Positions 1 to 10,473 of a stretch of DNA of 64,000 nucleotides are shown piece by piece. This DNA comes from Spirochaetota bacterium (lineage in GTDB: Bacteria > Spirochaetota > UBA4802 > UBA5550). The translations under genes were made by a program, and so were the position numbers. The notes under the pieces were generated by a model that saw only the letters and a program-made list of their open reading frames with translations, did not search any database and was not told where the DNA came from. The stretch is from contig JBNKTL010000003.1 in the NCBI GenBank assembly GCA_050298055.1, positions 77,186 to 141,185 of the forward strand, written 5' to 3'. Position 1 is the stretch's first letter; each line of letters opens with the position of its first letter.

Positions 1-541
1 GTTTTCCGGGATTGCTGACCTCAACCTGGTTCCTCTCTATGAACTTGAATCACCGCCGGAAGTCATTGAAGATGGTAAGACCTTTGAAGAAAACGCGGTA
101 AAAAAAGCAGAGGCAATTGCCCGGTACAGCAACATGCCGGTATTATCCGATGATTCCGGGCTTATGGTTGAAGCCCTGGGGGGAAGACCGGGGGTCCACT
201 CTGCCCGGTACGGCGGTTTCGGCAGCTCCGACGGCAAAAAGAATGAACTACTCCTTTCAGAGATGCTTGAGATAAAAGAGAACAGGAAGGCAAAATTCGT
301 CTGCGTGGTGGCCATAGCCTATCCGGACGGGGAGAGCCAAACCGCCAGGGGAGAATGTCACGGTGAAATAGCTGCTGAACCGGCCGGAGAGATGGGCTTC
401 GGCTACGATCCTGTTTTTTTCCTTCCGGAATTCGGCAGGACAATGGCCCAGCTGACCCTGGAGGAGAAAAACAGGATAAGCCACAGGGCTGTTGCCCTGG
501 AAAAAGCACGGAGAATCCTGGAAGAGAAAATCAGGGGATAA
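1..541 (+). CDS. rdgB: dITP/XTP pyrophosphatase (Ham1/RdgB family). The 5' end lies upstream of the window; the reading frame begins at base 2.
   Basis: The frame is open from base 2. The translation carries the RdgB/Ham1 core (TFEENA, ADDSGL, ALGGRPGVHSARYGG, FGYDPVF) and is consistent with the provided ORF 134..541. Confidence 0.8.
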   Translation, partial: FSGIADLNLVPLYELESPPEVIEDGKTFEENAVKKAEAIARYSNMPVLSDDSGLMVEALGGRPGVHSARYGGFGSSDGKKNELLLSEMLEIKENRKAKFVCVVAIAYPDGESQTARGECHGEIAAEPAGEMGFGYDPVFFLPEFGRTMAQLTLEEKNRISHRAVALEKARRILEEKIRG

Positions 542-560
542 AGAAACCGGGCGGTCTATT

Positions 561-1193
561 ATGGACAGGAAAACATCAGGGAAGATCATTGCCCGGTTGA
601 AGAAACATTACGGCACTGTAACATCGGACCTGGAATACATAAATCTTTACCAGCTTACAGTGGCTGTTGTTCTCTCCGCGCAGACTACGGATGTCCAGGT
701 AAATTCCGTAACGCCGGAACTCTTCAGGAAATACCCGGACTTTAAATCTCTTTCAAAAGCAAACATTCAGGATGTGGAAGAGATAATCAGGAGTACCGGT
801 TTTTATAAAAACAAATCCAAAAACATCGTTTCCCTTGCGCAAGATGTAACCGGAAAGTACAACGGGAAAGTCCCTTCGGAGAGGGAACTCCTGGAACAAC
901 TGCCCGGTGTGGGCAGGAAATCAGCAAATGTCATTCTCTCCATGGGATACAATATTCCCGCACTGGCAGTAGATACCCATGTGGGAAGAATAGCGGGAAA
1001 ACTGGGATATACCGAGTCACGGGACCCGTATAAGATAGAGAAAGACCTCACCACGGCAATCCCGGAAAAAGAGTGGATAAATTCTCATCTTCTCTTTATA
1101 AGACACGGGAGGAGTATCTGTAAAGCGAGAAAACCGGCATGCGGAATATGCCCGGTCAGTCTTTACTGCCCGTCTGCTGAGATCTCTTCCTGA
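561..1193 (+). CDS. nth: Endonuclease III (HhH-GPD DNA glycosylase with a 4Fe-4S cluster).
   Basis: Contains the HhH-GPD motif (LPGVGRKSANVIL) and a C-terminal C-x6-C-x2-C-x5-C cluster (CKARKPACGICPVSLYC). The start is placed at ATG 561 (MDRKTSG) rather than 492 so that it does not overlap rdgB. Confidence 0.85.
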   Translation: MDRKTSGKIIARLKKHYGTVTSDLEYINLYQLTVAVVLSAQTTDVQVNSVTPELFRKYPDFKSLSKANIQDVEEIIRSTGFYKNKSKNIVSLAQDVTGKYNGKVPSERELLEQLPGVGRKSANVILSMGYNIPALAVDTHVGRIAGKLGYTESRDPYKIEKDLTTAIPEKEWINSHLLFIRHGRSICKARKPACGICPVSLYCPSAEISS

Positions 1194-2493
1194 AAAAAAC
1201 AATAACAGCGGGATTGTTTCCCCTCACTTTTAATTCACCGGCAGGATCTTCCCCCGTAATTTTTTTAAGGACCTGGTACGCCCTGATAGAGATATCCCTG
1301 TCTATATCCGTAAGCTTCTCCACAAGCCAGGGGACGGATTTAATGTCCCCCGCTTTCTTTATGATCTTCAGCACCCATTTTTTATAAAAGATATTTCCCT
1401 TCTCAAATTGAGATAAAAACCTCTCCCTCTCTTCCGGGTAATACTTTGCCGCGTAAGCGATTATGCTCTCGGCATTGACAAACTTCCTTCCGGAAATCAC
1501 AGAATACTTTTTTGCCAGCCTGTTGATGCTTTCAAATGAAACCTTAATTTTATTTTTTAAAAAATAATTTGAAAGGGACCTGCTCATGGCCAGATCCCCG
1601 TCCTCAAACAGCCTGCTCCACTCGTCCCGGGAGAGCTTGATGTCCACATTGTACTTCTCGGAAAAATATAATATCTCGGGGATATGGGTCGAATCTGATT
1701 GCCTGCCTACAACTTCAGTCAGTTTTTTCAGGGGAAAAGAATACCCCATTTTAAGCAGGAAGAGAGAAGATTCAACCTGGCTGTACGACCCTGTCTTTGA
1801 GAACCGGGAAAAAGAATAATAAATACCCACCACCATAAAGTGAAAAACCAAAGACAGAATTATCGTCATGAAGAGCAGTTTCAGAAGATGAATTCGTTTA
1901 TAAAAAAACTCGAAAAAGAGGGAAAAAATGACAATGGCAAAATTCAGGATCTTCAGGATTGATGTGGGAGAGCCGTCAGGATACAGGGTATAGACGATTG
2001 AATAAAGAATAAAGTATCCCACTCCAATTGACAAAAAAAGAGGAATGGTGACCTTGAGGCTTTTTTCGATCTTAAGGATTATCATGAGGATGAGGGAATA
2101 GATAATGATATTGGAGAACCTGCCGGTAAAGACATTGAGGAAAGGTCGCATTGGCCAGTCCTCATTTTTGAGATAAAAGATAAATGTAAATATGACTATT
2201 GACGCATAGATAACAAGCAGGGGTAAAATCCTGGTATGGAAGAAGAGAAGGTATTCACCGCTCTTTCCATACCTTTCTCTGTAGATATCCCTGTAGAGAT
2301 CAAGGTCTATCTGTGAAAAGATGAAAACCAGCTGGAATGAGAAGATGAAGAGATAGACACGGACTATTATTGATATCCCTTCCCACTGGAAAAAGAGGTT
2401 GGAAAAAACCGCAACAATATAAAGGAGAATAAGAAGAGAGAAGAATGTTGATATCTTTTTAAAATGTTCTGACAGCATATCCATTGTGCTCAA
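1156..2493 (-). CDS. Hypothetical polytopic membrane protein with a C-terminal cytoplasmic HEAT-like repeat domain.
   Basis: 445-aa ORF whose N-terminal two thirds are very hydrophobic with multiple predicted TM segments. The C-terminal part is hydrophilic and ends in a HEAT-like repeat (PWLVEKLTDIDRDISIRAYQVLKKI). It converges on and overlaps the nth 3' end by 38 nt. Confidence 0.55.
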   Translation of the reverse strand: MSTMDMLSEHFKKISTFFSLLILLYIVAVFSNLFFQWEGISIIVRVYLFIFSFQLVFIFSQIDLDLYRDIYRERYGKSGEYLLFFHTRILPLLVIYASIVIFTFIFYLKNEDWPMRPFLNVFTGRFSNIIIYSLILMIILKIEKSLKVTIPLFLSIGVGYFILYSIVYTLYPDGSPTSILKILNFAIVIFSLFFEFFYKRIHLLKLLFMTIILSLVFHFMVVGIYYSFSRFSKTGSYSQVESSLFLLKMGYSFPLKKLTEVVGRQSDSTHIPEILYFSEKYNVDIKLSRDEWSRLFEDGDLAMSRSLSNYFLKNKIKVSFESINRLAKKYSVISGRKFVNAESIIAYAAKYYPEERERFLSQFEKGNIFYKKWVLKIIKKAGDIKSVPWLVEKLTDIDRDISIRAYQVLKKITGEDPAGELKVRGNNPAVIVFFRKRSQQTGSKD

Positions 2494-2499
2494 ACCCTT

Positions 2500-3333
2500 T
2501 TATCCCGCTCTCAGTACCACAACCCTGGGCAGACCGGAATAATCATTCATCACAGAGACATCAAATCCTGCTTCTTTCCCTTTTTCAACTACAAAATTTT
2601 TCATGTCATACCCGATCTCGAAAATGATGACACTCCTTTCATGAGAGTGCTTTTTTACTCCCCTGATTATTCTCTCCGTCTCCCTTCTCCCCTTCTTCGG
2701 TGAGTAAAGGGCCTCCGGGGGTTCATGCCTGAGTTCCCTCTGGAGGGTGCCTGATATGCCCGGGTCGATATAGGGAGGATTGCTCACAATGATATCAAAG
2801 ATCCTGCCCCCCAGAGGTTCAAACAGGTCTCCCTCAAGGAACCTGACGGACCGGGGCCCCGTGATATTCAGGGCATTTTTTCTCGCCACACTTAATGCTT
2901 TTTTTGATATGTCTGTTGCCGTTATATCCAGGTCCTTCCTGTTGTGTTTCAACGCAACGGCAATTGCGCCGGAACCGGTCCCCAGGTCAAGGAGCGTGGC
3001 GTCAAGGGGCGCATAGTAGAGCGCAAGATCCACCACAAGTTCGGTTTCGGGCCGGGGGATGAGAACATTTTTATTGACCCTGAATTCCAGGGAGTAGAAT
3101 TCCTTCACGCCGGTTATGTAGGCAAGCGGTTCAAAGGCCAGCCTTCTTTTCACAAGCCTCTCTATTTTTTTCAGCTCTTCCTCACCCGGTTTTCTCTCCC
3201 GCTCAAGGGAAACCCGGAACCTCTCCATCTCCAGAACATGGGCGATGATAAGCTGGGCGTCGGTCACCGGGTTTTCGATTCCCCCTTCCCTGAATCTTTC
3301 GGTGACTTCCTGTAACAGTAAAGAAAGCTGCAT
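2500..3333 (-). CDS. prmC: Release factor glutamine N5-methyltransferase PrmC/HemK.
   Basis: Has the NPPY catalytic motif (VSNPPYI) and a SAM-binding motif (LDLGTGSGAIA). It lies immediately downstream of prfA, which is the canonical operon arrangement. Confidence 0.85.
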   Translation of the reverse strand: MQLSLLLQEVTERFREGGIENPVTDAQLIIAHVLEMERFRVSLERERKPGEEELKKIERLVKRRLAFEPLAYITGVKEFYSLEFRVNKNVLIPRPETELVVDLALYYAPLDATLLDLGTGSGAIAVALKHNRKDLDITATDISKKALSVARKNALNITGPRSVRFLEGDLFEPLGGRIFDIIVSNPPYIDPGISGTLQRELRHEPPEALYSPKKGRRETERIIRGVKKHSHERSVIIFEIGYDMKNFVVEKGKEAGFDVSVMNDYSGLPRVVVLRAG

Positions 3334-3364
3334 AACCGCCGCCTGCGAGCTGCCCTGCCGGCCG

Positions 3365-4438
<1,074 letters not shown>

Positions 4439-4451
4439 TAATCCTCTTATT

Positions 4452-4480
4452 AAAAAAAAGCGGCTTTTCCACCGCTTTTT
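4452..4480. terminator. Putative bidirectional rho-independent terminator between tRNA-Arg and prfA.
   Basis: Sequence aaaaaaaagcggcttttccaccgcttttt: a GCGG...CCGC stem flanked by an A-run on one side and a T-run on the other. Confidence 0.35.
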
Positions 4481-4496
4481 GACATATTCATCCTTT

Positions 4497-4570
4497 CGCT
4501 CCCGAAAGGACTCGAACCTCTGACACATAGTTTAGGAAACTACTGCTCTATCCACCTGAGCTACGGGAGC
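4497..4570 (-). tRNA. tRNA-Arg (anticodon CCT).
   Basis: The reverse complement reads GCTCCCGTAGCTCAGGTGGATAGAGCAGTAGTTTCCTAAACTATGTGTCAGAGGTTCGAGTCCTTTCGGGAGCG. It folds with a 7-bp acceptor stem, a D-arm, an anticodon stem GTAGT/ACTAT around loop TTCCTAA, and a T-arm with GTTCGAGTC. Confidence 0.85.
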
Positions 4571-4573
4571 CGT

Positions 4574-5218
4574 TTACTGATACATGTTTTTGCGCTTCGA
4601 TGACACAATCCTCTGGAAGTCCCTGATGTTCCTAACCACGATTTTATCACCAAAGAGTTCAATTTTGTTTAGCTTGTTCAAATGTGTCAATACTTTTTGC
4701 GCTTCCGATTCGGCCATTCCCGCCCAGTTCGCCACCGCCTCGGAAGTGACCGGGAGATGGACTTCCTCCTGGAGATCAAGATGGGGGTTCTGTTCAGCGA
4801 GCATGTTGAGGACATCCATGACCTTCAGCTGGGGGTCCTCGAGGAGGAGTATCATCAGTCTTCTTTTTGCGTCATAAATCCTCTTTGAAAAGATCAGGAG
4901 AAGCTTGTAGGCAAGCTGCGGATTGCCCTGGAGAAGGGCGTCAAAGTTATCACGGTGAAATTTGAGAAGCCGGGAATGCTCAATGGCAATGGCGGATGCA
5001 GACCTCGGTTCCTGCTCCAGGATGGCCATCTCGCCGAAAACGTCCCCGTCGGTAAGAACGTCAATTGTCTTCTCCCTGTTGTTGATCATCTTGACGATCT
5101 TCACCCTCCCCTGCTGCAGGAAGTAGAACTCGTACCCGGGTTCAAATTCACAGAAGATTATTTCGTTGGGAGAGTATTCAACGCCGAACCTTTCAAAAAA
5201 ACTGTCATCAAGGAGCAT
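4574..5218 (-). CDS. Crp/Fnr-family transcriptional regulator (cNMP-binding domain plus HTH).
   Basis: Contains the cNMP-binding signature FGEMAILEQEPRSASAIA and a C-terminal HTH-like segment. Confidence 0.75.
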   Translation of the reverse strand: MLLDDSFFERFGVEYSPNEIIFCEFEPGYEFYFLQQGRVKIVKMINNREKTIDVLTDGDVFGEMAILEQEPRSASAIAIEHSRLLKFHRDNFDALLQGNPQLAYKLLLIFSKRIYDAKRRLMILLLEDPQLKVMDVLNMLAEQNPHLDLQEEVHLPVTSEAVANWAGMAESEAQKVLTHLNKLNKIELFGDKIVVRNIRDFQRIVSSKRKNMYQ

Positions 5219-5236
5219 ATGCGCTATTTCCTGTTT

Positions 5237-6469
5237 TTAAATTTGTTTCAGCTTCTCCTGGGCCTCACGGCTCACGTCATCCGCCGGCTGCAGGGAAGCG
5301 ACCTTTTTATAATATGCTTTCGCCTTGTCTTTCTGGTTGGCGGACTCAAAGACCGCGCCAATATTGTAAAGGGCCCTTTTCATATTTCCCGATTTCGGAT
5401 ATTTCCTGATAAACCCGGAGAAAGCCCCGATGGCCTCTTTCTGTTTTCTCAGTTTCATCTGGCAGACAGCATGTTCAAAGGTCGCGTTTTCAATATATCT
5501 TTCATCATCACCGCCCGGGTCCGTGCTGTTTATTATTCCCGAATAGAGGTTCAGGGCTTCCTCATAGTTACCCGCGGAGAAACTCCTGCTTGCCTCGTCA
5601 TATATTACGCCAAGTCCCCCTTTCTGCTCTTCACCGGCATCCGAGAGAAAATCATCGAATTCGTCTGATTCTCTGCTGTCCGACAGAAAGTCATCCATTT
5701 CACTTGACAGAGAACCTGAGGAACCGCCGGAATTGCCGAAAAAGTCATCTGAATCGGAACCCCCGTCAAAATCCATAAGGCCGTCATCCTCTCCGCCGCT
5801 CTCATCCATGCTGAAATCTCCCGGTCCGTCCCCGAAACCTCCGGTATCACCGGCTCCGGCTGCGGCCGGCTCGGCAGCCGTGCTGTTAAGATCAAACCCG
5901 GTATCCCCCGGTACGGCTTCACCGGAATCGATTGCCTTGATCCTCTTCATGGCCAGGGACGCGTGCTCTCCGTCCGGGTAGTACTCCATGTACTTTTTAT
6001 ACGCGTACTGGGCCTGCTGAAAAACTCCGGCGCTGTAGTAGTACTCACCTATCCTGAAAAGTTCAATATCGGGATTGAGGATATCCCCCTCCCCCAGGAC
6101 AGACCGCACCATCTTCCCTATCCTTCGAAGCTGGTTGCTGAAGACCCGGAGCATCTTTCTCACCACGTCAACGTTCTTAAGGATCAGCCTCTCGAACTCC
6201 GCCAGGCTGAAGATGAGGACAATGGTTTCGCCCACAGTCTGCGCCGTCTCCTCCCGGGGATATTTCCCCAAGGCGGATTTTACGCCGAAGAACTCGCCGA
6301 TCCTCACGTCCTCCTTGACCTCGCTCCCCGTATCAAGCTTGGTGGATGTGAGAATGACCCTCCCCGATTTCAGGATAAAGATACTTTCGCTTTTGTCCCC
6401 CGCGAAATAGATGATAGACCCGGGCTTGTATGTTCTGGTTATAATCCCGCCGGATTGTGATGATCCCAT
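5237..6469 (-). CDS. cNMP-binding domain protein with an acidic low-complexity linker and C-terminal TPR repeats.
   Basis: The N-terminus has a cNMP-binding fold (FGVKSALGKYPREETAQTVGETIVLIFSLAEFERLI). The middle region is rich in D, E, G and S. The C-terminus has TPR-like repeats (AQYAYKKYMEYYPDG..., AKAYYKKVASLQPADD). The start is placed at MGSSQS (6469) to avoid a 50-nt overlap with the upstream gene; the longer alternative starts at 6541. Confidence 0.6.
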   Translation of the reverse strand: MGSSQSGGIITRTYKPGSIIYFAGDKSESIFILKSGRVILTSTKLDTGSEVKEDVRIGEFFGVKSALGKYPREETAQTVGETIVLIFSLAEFERLILKNVDVVRKMLRVFSNQLRRIGKMVRSVLGEGDILNPDIELFRIGEYYYSAGVFQQAQYAYKKYMEYYPDGEHASLAMKRIKAIDSGEAVPGDTGFDLNSTAAEPAAAGAGDTGGFGDGPGDFSMDESGGEDDGLMDFDGGSDSDDFFGNSGGSSGSLSSEMDDFLSDSRESDEFDDFLSDAGEEQKGGLGVIYDEASRSFSAGNYEEALNLYSGIINSTDPGGDDERYIENATFEHAVCQMKLRKQKEAIGAFSGFIRKYPKSGNMKRALYNIGAVFESANQKDKAKAYYKKVASLQPADDVSREAQEKLKQI

Positions 6470-6491
6470 TCCTGTTAGCTGCTCCGTTTCA

Positions 6492-7721
6492 TTAAACTTC
6501 AAACTCAACCGGCAAAAAAGGAAATTCCTTTTTAAAGCCAACTGCCCTGCTTATTCTCTTTAAGAGACCGGTCAGGTCCCCCGCGACCACCTTTCTTTCA
6601 CCGTCAAGAACGATCTCCTGGAAGTCAACACGGAAACTTTCAAAGAGGTCCGCGAACTCCACGGCGCCGTACGCGGGGACACCGTTGATCACAACAAGGA
6701 GTATGTCCTTCAACTCCGCGTTTACCACCGACCCGTAAGAAGTCCTCTCTGTCTGCCTGACCAGCGCCAGGTCGGCAATGTACCCTTCCTTGATCTGCCC
6801 CAGCCGCTTGAGCCTGAAGGCGTGGGCGGGGTTTTCCGTTACCATTTTATAAATGATTTCATCGGGAAGCTCCTCGCCGTAGAGTTCCTCGTAGAGCTCT
6901 TTGTCAAACTTCATCTCGGTAAGGATGTTCTGGCCCCCCGACATGGGGGAGTCGGTCCCGATACAAACGTTGATCCCCTTGTCCAGGAGCATTTTGATAT
7001 GGGTTGTCTCGGTGAACATGAACCAGTTGGAATCGGCGCACCAGACCACGGAGGCGTGTCTTTTTTTGATCAGGTCCATATCCGACTCTGAAAAAGCGAT
7101 CCCGTGAATAAACACCGAATGGTCCCCCACGGCCCCCATTTTATCAACGGTCCTGATATTCTCCACCGTCTCCGAATCAAAGCCCTCGGATATGTGGGTA
7201 ATAAAGGGAATGTCTTCTTTTACCGCCTTTTGATACTCGGCCTCGATGCCCTCTCCCCAGGCAAGGGCCATCTGTCCCACGGAATGGGCCAGGGCAAAGT
7301 GCCGTATGGCCTTCATGGGAAGGATATCATAATAGGGGTCACCCACGAAATGGGGAATATGGTCAGATACGGTTGTGACCCCGGAGACAAGGTTCCGGAA
7401 ACCTCCCAGGAGGTAGAGGTCCCGGTTCTCGATCTGCTGCCTCTCCTGGTAGACCGGTGAGCTCTTGAGGTCGTTGTCCCAGGGAAGCCAGTTTTCATAG
7501 GGCCCGTTGCCCACCCGGGGGTAATATGTCCCCAGGAGGTGATCGTGGCCGTTGATCATCCCCGGTATCAGGATGGCGTTGTCCACGTTTACGGAGATGT
7601 CACCCTTCAGGTCCCTGCTGGAGACCTTTTCGATCCTGTCATTTTCTATGAGAACACTGCCGTTCCTTATGTTGTCCCTGGCGGTAACCACTGTGGCGCC
7701 GGTAATTGACCATTTATCCAT
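6492..7721 (-). CDS. Metal-dependent amidohydrolase (chlorohydrolase/deaminase-like family).
   Basis: Contains the HxH metal-binding motif (GMINGHDHLLGTYYP) and a later HxxE-like region. The 409-aa length is typical of SsnA/MtaD-like amidohydrolases. Confidence 0.75.
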   Translation of the reverse strand: MDKWSITGATVVTARDNIRNGSVLIENDRIEKVSSRDLKGDISVNVDNAILIPGMINGHDHLLGTYYPRVGNGPYENWLPWDNDLKSSPVYQERQQIENRDLYLLGGFRNLVSGVTTVSDHIPHFVGDPYYDILPMKAIRHFALAHSVGQMALAWGEGIEAEYQKAVKEDIPFITHISEGFDSETVENIRTVDKMGAVGDHSVFIHGIAFSESDMDLIKKRHASVVWCADSNWFMFTETTHIKMLLDKGINVCIGTDSPMSGGQNILTEMKFDKELYEELYGEELPDEIIYKMVTENPAHAFRLKRLGQIKEGYIADLALVRQTERTSYGSVVNAELKDILLVVINGVPAYGAVEFADLFESFRVDFQEIVLDGERKVVAGDLTGLLKRISRAVGFKKEFPFLPVEFEV

Positions 7722-8234
7722 ACTTTATTCCCTGAATATTGAATTTTAATGATATTCAATATTCTTACTCCCTTTATATTATATTCAAATTTTACAACGT
7801 CAAGTAAAATATAGAGGTTCCCTTTATTTATCGGGGGGGGTAATTGGAAAATTCAGTGATTTTTATCTTTATCCACTGTCTCCTCACCGGCAGATGAGGC
7901 AAGTGCCTGCTGTTTGTTAGTTTCTCCAGTGAAAATAAGATAGATGAAAATTTAAATTGAATTTTAAAAAATCAGAAGGGTAAATAACCATACTTAATTT
8001 CTGAATTGAGGATTTTATGGTATAGGCGGCGGGCTGCCTGTCTTATTCGCAATGTTATCCATAAATGCCTTAAAATTTGGGAAGAAATAAGATGAAAATA
8101 ATCCTGCAATGAATCCAAAAAGTGCACCTATAAGCCCTGAAATAATATTATTTCTTATAACATAGTATATTTTTAAAAGTTTGAGTGATTTGGTTTTAGA
8201 GTAATCAATTGATTCGTATAATTCCCATCCAATT

Positions 8235-8738
8235 TCAATTGCTTTTTACATATTCATCGAGGCATGCTTCTGAATTTTTTCCAACACATGACATTTCCAT
8301 ATATCTTGCACTCCGGGCACTCTTTTTGAATTCAAGATATTTGTTTTTAAATTCATGTTCAGGCATATTTATTGCATATCTTCTTAATGTATCATCTTTA
8401 TCTATCTTTTCAATTTGTTTGTCAATAATTGACCAATACATTTTTGCACAATCTATCGATGCTCTTTTAAGATGATTGAATGCCATTTCAAAGTTCTTTT
8501 TGCCTTCTTCGCTATCCGGATCCTCAAAGTAAGGGAATAAATGTGTTGTGATATTTTCTAATTCAACTAATACCTGTCTCGGTTTATCTGCAACTAATGC
8601 AACAATTCCGGAATACATTCCCAGGAAATAATCATTATATAGTTTTAAAATTCTATTGAGGTCTTTTTTCCTGACACCCATATGTATTTCTCCAATAGCA
8701 AAAGAGGAATACATATTCCAGTATTCCTCATTACACAA
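8235..8738 (-). CDS. Hypothetical protein in an AT-rich island.
   Basis: 167-aa ORF with no recognisable motifs. It lies in a stretch of about 30% GC between housekeeping genes. Confidence 0.45.
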   Translation of the reverse strand: MCNEEYWNMYSSFAIGEIHMGVRKKDLNRILKLYNDYFLGMYSGIVALVADKPRQVLVELENITTHLFPYFEDPDSEEGKKNFEMAFNHLKRASIDCAKMYWSIIDKQIEKIDKDDTLRRYAINMPEHEFKNKYLEFKKSARSARYMEMSCVGKNSEACLDEYVKSN

Positions 8739-8761
8739 TTTATATAATGTTTTGAAAAATA

Positions 8762-8986
8762 TTAACTTGTTTTCTTGTTAAATTCATCTATTAGTTGAGA
8801 ATAATCATCAATACAAAATATATTTCCCCTGGTAGAAACTACACCGCTACCAGCTTCTTTTGCTGCAATTTTTGCATTTGGATTTGTCATTTCAACGGTT
8901 TTCCATGCTTCTTCTGCCGTCTTTGGGACAAGAGAAACACCTGTGATATCCATGAATATCTTATTAAAGATTGTATGTTTTGGCAT
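8762..8986 (-). CDS. Small hypothetical protein, probably co-transcribed with 8235..8738.
   Basis: 74-aa ORF lying 23 nt upstream of the next ORF on the same strand. Confidence 0.35.
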   Translation of the reverse strand: MPKHTIFNKIFMDITGVSLVPKTAEEAWKTVEMTNPNAKIAAKEAGSGVVSTRGNIFCIDDYSQLIDEFNKKTS

Positions 8987-9270
8987 TGGGTACCCCGCTT
9001 ATCTGTTCACAACTTACATCGAACATTATGTAATGTACTGATTGTTAAAATGTCAAACAAATTTTTTAATAGTACTGGATAGAAAACTTTATTAAAAATT
9101 ATTTCATTGGTATAAATGTGTGGTGTTTATTATTCAGTATGTAGTGTTTGTTTTGAGGGTTTTCCCGAAATGATTGGATATGTGAATATGATTAAAATGA
9201 TGAAAAGTTATTAAAAGTGCAAATAATATATAATAAATTTCCAAGAAAAAAAGAATAATGAGTTAAGTAA

Positions 9271-9726
9271 ATGGCTAATAAACTAACACGTAGAAAATTA
9301 ATTGAAAAATATCTCGAATATGATAGCATTAAAAAAAATAAAACAATTGATATAAATAATTTGGAAATTAATTGGGATGACCCAAATTTAATTGATTCAT
9401 GGTTGTCTGAGAATGGGTATAAACATGGAATAATTTCAGGTTTTGAGACATGGGAATTATTATTAAATTTCACTGTCAAAGATTTAGGCAATTGTGCAAT
9501 TGTTAACAACATATTGATCAGTAGTGATAGAAGATTATCATCAATTTCTAATTTAATTGACTTTAATAATTGGGAACCAGATAGAACAACAAAATGGCAT
9601 GTACTAATTAATCGTAATGAAGACATTGCTGAACACAATTTTTTTATATTAAGACCAACAGTTAATTCAGAACAACCTGCTCAATACTATATAGAAGATG
9701 GCAGTGGGCATGGAGATATTCATTAA
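9271..9726 (+). CDS. Hypothetical protein in an AT-rich island.
   Basis: 151-aa ORF rich in Asn, Ile and Lys, with no recognisable motifs. Confidence 0.45.
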   Translation: MANKLTRRKLIEKYLEYDSIKKNKTIDINNLEINWDDPNLIDSWLSENGYKHGIISGFETWELLLNFTVKDLGNCAIVNNILISSDRRLSSISNLIDFNNWEPDRTTKWHVLINRNEDIAEHNFFILRPTVNSEQPAQYYIEDGSGHGDIH

Positions 9727-9865
9727 TTTTCTCCCGGTCGTGAATTAAATCCCGGGAAATTATTGTATAATTGTAATTTTTGTAAAAAGTTTTAATTAAT
9801 CCCACTCCTCAATCGTATTAATCTTTGGGAAGAATAACTCTCTTCCCGGATTTTACAATGAGAGG

Positions 9866-10321
9866 ATGGATAATATGAGAACGACTATTAATGCAGACAC
9901 ACTACTGTTCAATAAGCTGAGAGAAGCCATGGCTGAAGTTGATCTGTCAAAGGACGAACTAATCAAACTTTTAATATCACGGTTCATTAAGAAAAACAGC
10001 TTTATTCCTCAACCCGGTAAAACAGTGAAGTACCAGGATGGCGGTCCGGAGAGAGTCTGGAAAATTGAACATATCAACCTTGAGCCTGTATTCTATGAGA
10101 AGGTCCTTGATTTAAGGAGACACTTTAAGTTTTCCGTTTCGTGGTTTGTTGCTTTTGGTATTATTAATTATCTTGATGAATTGGTAAGGGATTTGAGTAA
10201 TTCAGGAAATAGTGCAAAAATTCTGGATAACTATACTGGAAATTATGTTTATATTTTTGAAATTGTAGATAATATTCTCGTATTTATCACAATGATGGAA
10301 ACACAAAGCAGAAAAACCTGA
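9866..10321 (+). CDS. Hypothetical protein; paralog of the ORF at 45281..45766.
   Basis: Shares conserved blocks with the second copy: LSKDELIKLL, EPVFYEKVLDLRRHFKFSVSWFVAFGIINYLDEL versus DPVIYEKAQDMRRNYKFSVSWLLAYGIIHFLDEI. Confidence 0.6.
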   Translation: MDNMRTTINADTLLFNKLREAMAEVDLSKDELIKLLISRFIKKNSFIPQPGKTVKYQDGGPERVWKIEHINLEPVFYEKVLDLRRHFKFSVSWFVAFGIINYLDELVRDLSNSGNSAKILDNYTGNYVYIFEIVDNILVFITMMETQSRKT

Positions 10322-10473
10322 GAAAACCCAGATAGTACGAAATTTTTATCAAAACCAAACATCCGGTTTCCGTCCCGGATTTTCAGTCACGCCCTCTTCT
10401 CCTGGTCTTCTCCTTTCCTTTAAACGCCGGCACGAGACAGGATTGATTGTTAAAATTACATAAGCTGGTACCC

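Noticed and set aside
1156-1193. A 38-nt convergent overlap between the nth 3' end and the membrane-protein gene.
   Set aside because: Convergent 3' overlaps of this size occur naturally, and both ORFs are supported by motifs or hydrophobicity. It is not indicative of a frameshift.
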